Below, piece by piece: positions 21,601 to 33,600 of a stretch of 64,000 bases of DNA. The notes beneath the pieces are model-generated. The model ran no database searches. It had not been told where the DNA came from and saw only the letters and a program-made list of their open reading frames with translations. The translations under genes and the position numbers were made by a program. The stretch covers positions 352,001 through 416,000 of the forward strand of contig JBGAHS010000008.1 of NCBI GenBank assembly GCA_044226015.1. Direction: 5' to 3'. The first letter of the stretch is position 1. Each line of letters starts with the position of its first letter. This DNA is from Candidatus Obscuribacteraceae bacterium (GTDB taxonomy: Bacteria; Cyanobacteriota; Vampirovibrionia; Obscuribacterales; Obscuribacteraceae).

Positions 21601-24600
21601 GCTTGCAAAAATGGCAGCAGAATATTTGCCCGCGAGTTTTCCAAAAGAACTACAAGACAAGAATCTCGACTCTGTGCGAGAGGCTTTGATAGAACAACAA
21701 AATAGCAGACGTGGCAGAAAATCTATTGCTGCGGTTGATGCTTATGTAGACATGCTGCGGCAGGATAGGCTGGCGTTGGTGCAGGAATTCCTGGGCGAAG
21801 GCCGTGTTGATGATAATGTTCGTCAAGCATTTGCAGAGAATAAAGAACTGGGAAAAGCCTACCTCGAAAATAATCTTCTTCTCTCCTCCCAGCGAAAAGC
21901 CGATGGCAACTATGAATTTAAGAATGGCATTTTCGTATCACGTAATGATGCAGGACGGGTTATGGCACTCGCCATGGATGCCGTCAACCTTGGCAAAGTC
22001 AGCGAAGCTACACAAATGGAGCTGGGGAACTGGGCAACCGGAAATTCAAAAGCCGATATCGACAGAATATTTCACGGCATGTCCGACTCAGACCGCAAGC
22101 GTATTCAACTCGGCATGGACATTCGAATGGCGCTTGATGCTCCAGGAAAAAATGAGAAACACAGTGACTCACAAATTGCAGCAGGCAAGGTGATCTCCGA
22201 GAAACTTCAAAGTGGTGCACTGTTACCGCACAACTTGACGCCAAGAGACAAGCAAGAGCTAGCTCATTTCCGCCGAGCCGAAGCAAAGAAATTGCTGGAA
22301 GACCCCGAGAAAGGATTTCAGGCAAGAGCCGCACTAGCCAGTTATGACCAACTGTACAAAACGGCCGGACGCCAATCAATGTGGGGCGATGAGCGCAACG
22401 AGCGCTTCCGCAAAGAGTACTTGCAAGCTGCAGCAGGAGCCGATTTCTCTCATGAAATGGGAGAGAAAAACATCAGCATGATGTGGTGGAACTCCAGCAA
22501 AGATGAACACATGAAGAGCGTTGAAAACATGGATGAGCGCAGCTTCTCTTTGTTAACCAGCAACACAAACCTGCGCGAGTTGATGTTTTCCCATATGCGA
22601 AAGAACTTCGATTACGATCGAGGAATAGACGCCAGAAAACTGCTTGAGGCAAAATTCCAGTTCGTTGAAGACCTGATGGAAGGCAAAGAGAAGTTACGAC
22701 TTGGCACCGCATTCGGTGAAGAACAACGTGCACGATTGAAAGAGCTGCTTCCTGGCACCAGGTCCATGTCAGACAGCGCGTTCCAAGACCTGATGAGCCA
22801 GCGAGCGCTCAGCAAAGACATAGAAGCTGGGCGAAAATTAAGAGAACAAATAGAGCGCGGCAAACAATATGAATCAATGATGTCCTTCGCTGAGCAATTA
22901 ACAAAAGACATCGCTGAAGGAAAGAGAATTGAAAAGCAACTCAACTCTCGCGATACAGATATTCTGGCACTCTACCGCCGCTCAAAAAAAACAGAACCAG
23001 AGCTGACTGCTCCCGAAAAACAGGCAGAGGCATTTGCCAGGGCAGACCTGCAAAAATACAGGGATAGCATCTCAAATCAACAAGGCGAGTCAAAGCTAAG
23101 TGAGACTGAGAAGAAATCAATTGCGGCGTTCGACAAGTTCCAATCACTTTTGAAAATTGAGGAGAAGGTCAAAGACGGTCTGCGAATTCAAAAGAATATC
23201 GAAGAGGGCAGACTTCTGGCTGGAAGTCTGGAAAAAAATGCCAGTTCGTTTAAGGACAAACTTACTGACGAACAGAAAGCGCAAATAGATCTATTTGAGA
23301 GATCCACAGGCAAAGCCCCAGGACTGTCTGCTGGCGAAAAAGAGAATCTGGCGCTTTCACGTGCATGGCAGCAAAAGCAGGCGGACCCATTGCTAGCTTC
23401 CTTCAAACGAGGAAACGAAATTACGGACACACTGGCACAAAAGAATCCCGAGTCCCGGGCTGAATACAGAAAGGCATTGTCGCCAGAAGACAGGGCGGCG
23501 TTGTCCCTCTATCAGGACATGAATGCTGCAAAGGAACTGAACAAAGAGATTGAAGCAGGTCGCAAACTTAGCCATTCAATCCTCGATGGTTCATTAGAGA
23601 ATGCTACGCCAAATACAGAGCAGACCAGACAACTGCAAGTATATCGAGCCTACATGAGCGGCAAATTGCCAGAGGCTGACAAACTCGCACTTGAAAAATT
23701 ACAAGCAATCGATAAGGCTGGCGATGCAAAGCCAGGAGATACAGCTCTAAGCAAAGAGTCGGCAGATGCCCTGGAGAAAAATCTTGCTGGCATGCAGCAA
23801 TTGCACAGCCTACAACAATATAACGAAGACAAATCAGGGCTTAAACTATATTTGGATGGACTTGATGTTGCACGTCAGCTTAATGGCATGTTGGTCGCCA
23901 AACAAGTGGAAGCGATGAAAGCGCTCGAGACCGACCCCGCCAGAGCCCACGAAAAAGCCGCTCTAGAGTACTTCAGAAAGACCACATTTGAAATTGCTCG
24001 AGATAACATCAGACGCGACATTTCTGAGGTTATCTCAGATGTAGACCATACCTTCTCCAAAGACTACAAGGCTCTTTTCGATGCAGTGGTTGGAATGAAA
24101 CCAGATGAGCGAAAACGCTACGCAGGTGATGAAGACTACCGCAAACAGATTGACGATGCAGTAAGCAACTTGCTGAAATCTTACCCAGACGCACTCGCCG
24201 CCACAAAACATCTCTTGTTACAAATAAAAGATGACCCGACAAAGGCGCCTCAGAAAGATCTCGTTTTCGACCTTTTAGCAAAAGCACAAGACGGCAAGCG
24301 CAGCGCTGCTGAAGCAGCGTTCGCGATACAAGAAGCCTTTAACGTACCTGCAGGCAAAGAGCTAAAACGCAAACTAGATGCGAACAGCCCAGATTATGAC
24401 GAACGATATGCAAAGGCATTCGATGCTGCCTGGAAGCGCCACCTGCCATTGTCTGCGCACCGCCCTGATGCACCTGCTAGAGACAGAGGTCCGATTACTA
24501 GCTTCAACGATTTCAAAACACGCGTGTTGGATGACCTGAATGCAAATGGACACCTTAAGATAAGCACCATCAGAGATTTACGAGGCGGAGCAGTAATCTC

Positions 24601-27600
24601 ACCAGAAGAACTTGGCAAACAGATACTCACACTCAATGAACGTTCCAGAGAAAACTTCGCTAGCACTGAAAAAGAAAACTTGGGGTCTGTTTTTTACGGA
24701 GAACAAAAGGAATTCATCGAGAAGATTCTGGCAACACGAGGAGAACTCGGCATCGAGGACAAACTAAAGGCGATTCATGTTGGAATTCTTCCAAAAGAAG
24801 ACTTGATAAAAACAATCAATGAAATAAAAGCCATGGATGAACGACGCCAGGTCGCCAACAACTATGCCACCAAATACAATGCTGACTTGATATCGCAAAT
24901 GAAGAGCGTTGCAGCCTCTGCAGACCAGGGGCGCATTGAGATTGCGTTGCGATTTAGAGACATGACTGCACTTGAGCAACTATACAAAGCTCAAGACCAC
25001 AGCAACCGCGTTACCCGAACTGGTTGGGATACGCAGGGCTGGAACTCAACTAAATATCAGCTAGACAATCGCATGGGTGAACTGACTAAACTCATCGGTG
25101 GAGACAATGCAAACTTCAGAGAAACAGAGCAAAGCAAGATTGACGAATCTCTAGATGCAGTCTGGGAAGCACAGCGTGGAATATCCGAAACCCAAAAAGA
25201 GATGGCGAACGTCGCCAGAGAAATCATGATAGCAGCAGCAGCAACAGTGCTGACGATTGCATCAGGCGGAACCATGTCCTGGGCAGCGATAGCGCTCTTC
25301 ACGTTAGCAGCTGCCGCGGGTTCCGCAGCACTAACAAAGCTTGCCATGGGTGATAATGTCACCACAGATGATATGAAAGAGGCAGCAAAAGACGGGGCAA
25401 AGAGCGCCTTTATTCAGAGCCTGGGACCTGGACATTTGCAAAAGCTAACAGGCTTTGGTGCGACTGCAGCAAAAACCGCTGCAAATCAGTTGCTTAAAGA
25501 GGCTGCTTTCAAAGGACTAAGTGAAGCGGAAAAGAAAATTGTCCAACAGGAAATCGAAAAAACTGTAGTAAAAATGCTGCGCCAGGGCGCACAAAGTGCT
25601 TCTATGAAGGGGATTGACCAGCAAATAAATCACGCTGTCATGGAGCTTCTTCAAAAGAGTCCTATAACCGGAAAAATAATGGAAGGTCTTGGACAAGAGG
25701 GCGCGCAGCTGCTCGGTAAAACCTTCGAAAAGTCTGCCCACGAAGCAATCATGAAGCTGGGCTCTAGATATGTTGAAAATGAGATGCAATCGACTCTACA
25801 GAGAGTGTGGAATGCTGCGGCCAGAGAGGGGTACTCCGCAACACTAAGCCACGGCGCAGCAACAGCAAGCTCACTGGTTGTCGAAACAGCCGATATGATG
25901 TGGCACGGCAAAATCACCGTGGGAAATATTCTCGATGGTTCAGCGTTTAGCGACAAAGAGATATCATCACAGTACGCCAAGAGCATTTTTCACGCCAACC
26001 TCGCCGCCGGTGCCGGTCACTGGGCCGGCAGGGCAAGCCACCATCTAGTGAACCCTGAATCGATTGCCAATCGCCTTGCACTGACACAGAAGTTAGACCC
26101 GACAACAATGCGAATGATGAGCAGTGGATTTCTCAGCGAGCGCTCAGCCCGACTGATAGGTAATGTCACCCACTTCACCGCCTCTGGTGCCTTTATGGTT
26201 GGCGGCATGTCAGGCTCAAATCTGATAGCCGGAGGTGTAGAGAATCTTCTATATGGCAAGGTTGTTTCCCCAACGGAAAACATGAGCAGCCTCATTCAAT
26301 ACAGCATTGCGCCCTTCATCACCGGTGTACATGGAACCTATGCCGCCGCAGGCAGAGCAAACATAGGACGAGCAAGTTACAACTTGAACCATGAAGCTAC
26401 GGTAAAGCCAAGCGCAGAACCGATTCGAGGAAGCCAAGCCGGAGAGACAAAAATCGTAAAATACCAGAGTCCCACACTGGAAAATGCACGATTCGAAAAG
26501 CCGGTTGTCATCGAAGATGGCAAAGGAAGCATTTCATCGGGAACTGTTGAGCTCCGCACAACTCACGACGCGTCAAACGCCACAAGCGAGCCTGCAGCAA
26601 AACTACTGGCAGATGTACCGGCTGGACAAACGCTTAAGATTGTCGTGTCAGATCCAGCTGCCTTAAAGAATTTCGAAATCGCCAGTTCTAGCAAGGGCAA
26701 GGTAGAGCTATATATCGCGCAAGACCACCCCGGACTTCGAGATCTCTTAAGCGAGCACGTCCACAGAATTGCTGAAGGACAGGTTGAACTCAAGACTCTT
26801 GGGTTGAATGGGGAAAGCAAAGCAATCATCTCCCAAGAAATGGCTCGATCATTAATAGCACAAGTAGAATCGGTAGATGGACTTTCTCCGCTATGGCGCC
26901 CCGAAAGACACCTTAACGGAAGCGAACTTGCAGCATTGTCTGCTCAGCTGGGTGACAATGCCGGTAAGCTAAGTGATGCGGCAGTAGCGCAAAAGTACCT
27001 TGAGCAAGTTGGTCGCACCATAAGTGATGCCCGAGAGCCTCTGCGACAAACTGCCGAAGAATTCAAAGCCATAAGAGATAACTTCGAAACGACAAAAGCA
27101 AGCCTTGAAGCAGAATTAGCAAAAGAAGGATTGAGGCTGCCGCAAGAAAAGGACTTCGATGCAAGCAGCTTACATGAGTGGTCACGAAAAGATGCTAGCG
27201 GCAAGCGCAACGAAATTGTCAGCAAATTTTTAGCTGAGAGAGAAACTCATGCGGAGGCTCTAAAGGCGCTAAATCAAAAGATTGACGCCAGTCTCAAAAC
27301 GATAGAAGACGCAATCAATAAGTTCAATTCAAGAGAAGGAATTCCACCGGTCAGCCTCAAAAGATATGGTGATTTGCACGTGGCTGACGCATCATATCGC
27401 GATGGTGTGATAAAGGTAAAAACTGAAGACCTCATAAATAACCCAGGCAAGCTGTTGATAAACACTTATCACGAATCTGCGCACGTAGCACAGGACGCAG
27501 AGGCACTCAAGTCAATTCAGCATACTCTGGCTGCAGCTCAGAAATTTGGTGTTAAACCAGAAGAAGTTACAGCAGAACAGAAACTCAAAGTCAGCGCCGA

Positions 27601-30600
27601 TGAGCTTTCCAAAGTATCTGCCGAACGAGTTGCGGAGAGGTATGCAGAGCTCAGTAAGCATAGCCACGATAAGTCGTTCGAAAAGCAATGGATGAGTTTC
27701 GTTGCTAAATCACTTGAGTTGCCAGCACTTGGAAAAGAACAGCTTTCGCGAGCAGACAACTTGATAAAGAGCTTTGCAGAAATCGGTGCGTACAAGGGAC
27801 AAAGCGAGCATGAGATAAGGCAAGACTACAACGCAATAAAGTCTGCCAAACAGCACATCAATTCAGAGTCTGGTGTAGGCGCACAAGAACTGCTGCTACT
27901 TATGAAAAAAGCTGCTGCTGGCGACGCCACTGCCATGCAATTAGCGCGGCGTATTTTCGGTTCAGATGCTGAGCATCTAGTTGCAGGAAAGAAAGAGGCG
28001 GCAGTAGCTCCGACTGATGCAGCTCGAGCAGAAGCTCAAAAGGAACGCTTTGACGCGATTCGAGATTTATACGAGCTAGCTTTGAATCTTGACCCCAATA
28101 ATCCTAGCCCAATCACTGAAGCAAAAGCGAAAGCGCTGTTTGAAAAGCTTATGGAAAATCGAGTTGCTCAGCTAAATGAGCAGCTCATGGATGCATACAA
28201 TCAATACATGCGCATGCACGAGGCTGATGCACTGGCTGCAGAAAATTATTTGCGTCGTGTTGCTGGTGACGGTTTAGAAAGACTCAACAAGTCAGCCGCA
28301 ATTGAACTACCAACAGATGCACTCGGCGATGTCCACAGCTCTGCCGGGCAAATGCCGAGCATAAAGAATAACAACCCAACGGCAGCAACTTTAAACAATT
28401 TACGTCCGGTAGAGAACCTGCTTGCTCCCGTAGACAGGCTTATAACAGAAAAGGCAACGCATTCAAATAGAGAGCCTCTCAAAAAAGTCATGAGAGACTT
28501 GCTTCGCCATGTACCAGCAGAGCAGCTCGAATCATACGCGAATAAATTTGCTGAAGCGGCAAAGGTTGAAGGTTTCATCACGCGCCTGGCTCACATAAAA
28601 GAGATTACAGACAAATTCCAGCAAGGAAAGGCAGACATCGCCGCAGTTCCGCTTGACCTACTGCTAGACAAAAACATCACACTTCAAACCTTAGCGGCGT
28701 TCAAAAACAGTTTAAAACCTGGAGGCATCTCAGAGGCAGCCAGAGAGGCTTTTGTCGACCCGATTCTACGCGCAAACAAGCCCCAAGAAGTTGCCGACAG
28801 GGTTTCTACTGCAGCAAAGTACGACCTCGCAGTTGCACAAAAAAAACTCTTCGCATTTCAGTTTGGCGAAATAGCAGCGCTAGACCCCACCTGCAGAAAA
28901 CACATTGTAGATTCACTTATTGAGCGTCAACTAAATAGCTCCACAAACATGGAAGGATTCAGACGAGCAGTCGATGATGCAGTGGAGACTGCAAAAATAT
29001 ACAAGAGCTTGTTTGAGATAAAAGCACTGGACCCAAAAGTGCTCTCAACGCCAGGTCGAGATGGGCTAGATCACCTTGTCAAAGACCTCGGACAAAAGCT
29101 TCTTGAAGGAGAGATTGATAAAACAACATTTTCAAAGGCAGTCACAGAAAGGCTAAATCTAATTAGCAGCTTTCTGCAGAGCACAAAAAATGGTGCCAAC
29201 CTACTCGCTGAAGCCCGTTCAAGAAATCCACAACTAACAAATGCTATCTTCGAGCCCCTAATGAAAAGTCCGCTCTCAGAGAAAGCGTTGCAGAATGCAA
29301 TTGAAACCGTAAGCAAATACGAGAAGCTGAAAAACACGGAACCAACTTTAGCTTCAGCCTTGCTTGCGATTAAGCCATCGGTTCGCGCGCAATTGATAGA
29401 CCCTTTCGTAGGAAGCACACATCACAAAAATTACGTTGTAGAGCTGCAGAGGACGATAAGCGAGAGCAACGACGGCGGAATTGCGCTGGCAACAGCATTC
29501 AAAAATCTCTTTAAGCAATCACCAAAAGTGGCAGAAGAATTGCACAATGACTTACGTGCAGAACGCATTACAGGTGAGCAATTCTCGCTGCTAGCTCAAT
29601 GCCCGGAAGAAACTAGAACAGCATTGCAGAGCTTGTTCAAAAAGCACCTGGCTGCAAATCTGGCAGGGGAAGAGAATCTATTCAGACTAATCACAGCTGT
29701 CCATGCTATCAAAGACAGCACGCCGACGAAACAAGCGAAAGCAATAGAGTCGTTCGCACGAGAGATGGCAGTTCAAAGCGAATCACCCAGCAAACAAAGC
29801 TGGGAAAAAATAGCAGAGCTTGCTGCAAGCGATTCTCCCAACAGGGACATGCTTGTCAAATCAATGATATTGAACAAGAGAGACTTAATTCAATGGCTGA
29901 ATTCCCTGGAGTACTCAAAGATTGGAAGCATAAAGGGACCTGAACTGATATCGCGACTGCTTGATTGTGGTTCATCCCCAGAACTGAAAAATCTGGGCGC
30001 TGGGCAACAGTCAAGATTTACGAATAAGCTTAGCAACATCTTGGCAGAAACAGGATTGCCAACAGAAGCCGGCTTGCGAGAAGCACAAATTGAGAAATAC
30101 GCAGCTCTATTTAGAGCACTACCAACTCAAGACATAGCTCAAGCAAACTATGGCTTAGCAAAGCTATTGGACAAGATGAATGCAAATGATTTTGCGCGAG
30201 CATCAGACTCCACGGTAGCTGACTTGATGCGACTCTTTGAGAATAAAGCTGAAAATATGCTTGAAGAAGACCGCGGAGCAACAATAAAGAAACTCATCGA
30301 TTCTTTGCAAACAACGCAAGAAGGTAAAAAACACGAACTCATTGCTGCCACAGTAGCAAAATTGACTACCGAAGCAGATATTCGTGAAATGCAAGCAGAA
30401 ACACGAGCACAATTCAGGCAAGCAGCGATTGAATATCTCGACAAGCTAGAAAGTAAGTCTCGGGCCGACAATGAAGCCAGAACAGCGCAGCGCATTGAAG
30501 TGCTTATCGATAAACTATTTCCAGCAGCTATCGACAGATCAACTGCAGACAGGATATTTGGAGGGCTTACGGAAAGCCAGAGAAAAATCCTTCTTGAACA

Positions 30601-33600
30601 TAGAGAAGAGTTTCTTTCGCAGTCAGGCATGAGAAAAGTATTTGATCAAGTTGCAGTCGAGATAGAGAAAGCAATTCGAATAGGGCAAGCCGATGGATGG
30701 GCAGGCTTCACACACAAAAAGATGGTGCAACGAATTACTGCAGTTGCTACAACCGAAGAGGGAAGAGCTCTTGCTTACGAGTTTCGCAAAAGCACAGGCA
30801 TAGAGGTAGTCCTCAAGACACCTCAACAATTGGAGCCCGGCGAAAAAGCGGTGTTGTTTGAAAACAACCTGAAGATGAAACAGGAAGACCGAACAATCCT
30901 TGCAAGAAACAAGCAAGTTCTGCAACCCTCGAAGATACAGGAGTTTGGTCAAGGACTTAACATGTTTGACATGGCTGTTTCAAAATCGAACCCAAGCCAC
31001 CTGCAGGAACGTATAAGAACCATACTTGCTTTGCCTGATTTAGCATTCTCGACATCTGGCAAGATTAGCGATGCTGAGTTCGCTGCAATTAATAGACCGG
31101 TAGAAGATGCAAGAGAAATAGGCATGACCAGAGCTCTGGCTCATTTCAGCAAACAGAGTGATGCAGCAAGAGAACTTTCCTACGCTGTAAATGAAATGAA
31201 CATCGTCAGCAATACGGACTTTGCCCAAGCAATGCGTAGCGTACACAAGCAATTATTCGGGCAAGCACACAATCCGGGAAGCGAGCTAGCGCAAGGCATA
31301 ATTTTCGTGGACCTATCACGCAACAAGGCAGGGTCTTCTGGGACTGCAGACAGCTCTCACCTGGCTATGCACATGTACAGACTGGCAAATGGTCTCAGCG
31401 ACTCCAAATATGACAGTCACTTCGTTTCGAAAGAGCAAGCGAAGGCCATTATAGCTAGAGCAGGAAGCACACAGTCATTGAAAGTGATTGCCATAAATGA
31501 TTGCATCGGCTCTGGAGGCGAAACCTCAACAATAGTTGGCGACCTCGCAAGTATGAGAGCTCAGAATAGTAAGGTCGAAATCAAAATCGGACTCGCCATA
31601 GCCTCGAAAGAAGGCACAAGTAAAGTCACCATCGGTAAGCCAGCTGAAGGCGAAAAAGGCCGCACAATCACAGAAAATGACAAGATACAAATCGTCTCTG
31701 GAATTCCTCCACTGAGTGATTTCCTTACAAACGTACAAAGAGCACTACCTGCTGGCGGAAACAAATTCGTAGCAAGCCTGCAAGATATGGCATACAAAAA
31801 AGGCGCAGTAGAGCCAACCGGATTTAGCTTTGAGTACATGTTCCCGAATACCACTTCCCGCCGTATGGCAGAAGTATTAGATGCTGTCGGTATAAGAGGA
31901 GCAGCAAGTGCGACAAGGATTCAGACCTTCCCCGATACAGTAGGTCCGCCATTTTCTCAAAAGGAAAGCATAAAGGGACTGAGTAATTTTGCCAAAGTTG
32001 ACGAAAAAGTATTCAGGGGAGGGCAGGTCAGAGACGAAGCAGGAATGCAGGCCCTCAAAGACAGTGGCGTAAAAATCATTATCGACATGACTCAGCAGGG
32101 CATCGATATTGAAAGGCAACTTGCAGAGCAATATGGCATGGAATACAGGCACATGCCCGTAGATTCAAACGCAAACGATCCAAAGCAAATCAAAGAAGTT
32201 TTACGCGCTATTGAAGGAGCTTCAGGCAAGGTATTTGTTCATTGCGCTCACGGAAAAGACCGCACCGGTGCTGTGATAGGTTTGTACCGGCAGCTACATA
32301 ATGAAGGCTGGTCGGCCGAACATGCCTTGCATGAAATGCATAATTTTGGTTGGCGAGGAGAGAAACCCGCCAATGTTCGCTTCGGTGAATTCCTCTCGAG
32401 ACCGCAAGATTTTGATATCAGACAATCAAATGCAGGTAGCAGTGGCGGCGAAATGCGCAGCTGGAACTCAAGTGAGCGGGCATCATCTCCTGAGCTTTCA
32501 GAGTTTCTTCAACGAAATGCCATGGCAAAAGATCTCACAGCAAAAGGATGTAATTGTAGCCAGGCTTTAAGCCAAGCACAGATTGAACTGGAGAAACGCA
32601 GCTTCAGCGATCTGCGAGCCAAGCAAGCACTGCATGCCATTCAGTACTTGCAACAAGCAACAACTGAACGCCCTCGTGTCGAGTACTTATCCAGATTGAT
32701 ACTCGCACAGGCAATGTATCCCGAACGCGATCTACAACTAGCCAATGCGATTAAACTTGATGCAAAAGCTCTGCAACAACAATTTAGAGAACTAGTAAGA
32801 AGCGAATACCAAACCTTACCCCAGACCAACAACCAAAATGAGTGGTCTGACAGTAGAATCTCCGCGATTTCGAAAAGAAGTAAAATTCTCTCGCTGCTTG
32901 GTGGAAGCGAGGATCCCAACCTACGATCGTCGTACCTGAAAGTGCGTGCAGAGCAAGACGCAGATCTTCGCGCCGCCTTTCGTGAAAAGGAAAAGCTAGA
33001 GCGGAAACTCGACACTGAAGAGCTTTCGGAAGCCGAAGATAATTTACGTCGCAAGCTAGGACCTGTGGTCAGACAAGAGTTAAAACGGGCTGCTGCTGAG
33101 CTAGAGGACTCAGCCCCAAACCTAGATACAACGGTACCGATAAATCTTAGATCTGGAGGCGACTTGACTCAGGGTCTTATCTTCAAGAAGTTACAAGAGG
33201 TACTTGAGAAACGTCCACGAGCCTTCCAAGAACAATATGTCTTGATTCCCCAGCTAGCAAAAACAGCTATTGATGATATTGGCGGCGACTTCATTCTATT
33301 AGACAAAAGAACGGGGAAATACATTCCAGTCGATGCCTCGCAAAAAGACAAATCTGACATTGGGCTCCCTGCAATTCGAAGTGAAAATGTGATTTCTGCG
33401 CCACCAATAAAGTGGCAAGGCAATCTAAATGAAATGTACAATCCGTCCTTTCCAGCCGAACATCTAAGAGAACCGCTAAGAGAATACCGACGGAGGAATT
33501 CTGACAAATGGGATAATTCCGACGACTGGCAGAAGCGCGATATTCTTCGCACATTACATATACAAGTGCAGTTTGAGAGAATTCTTGATGGGCAGCAGCG

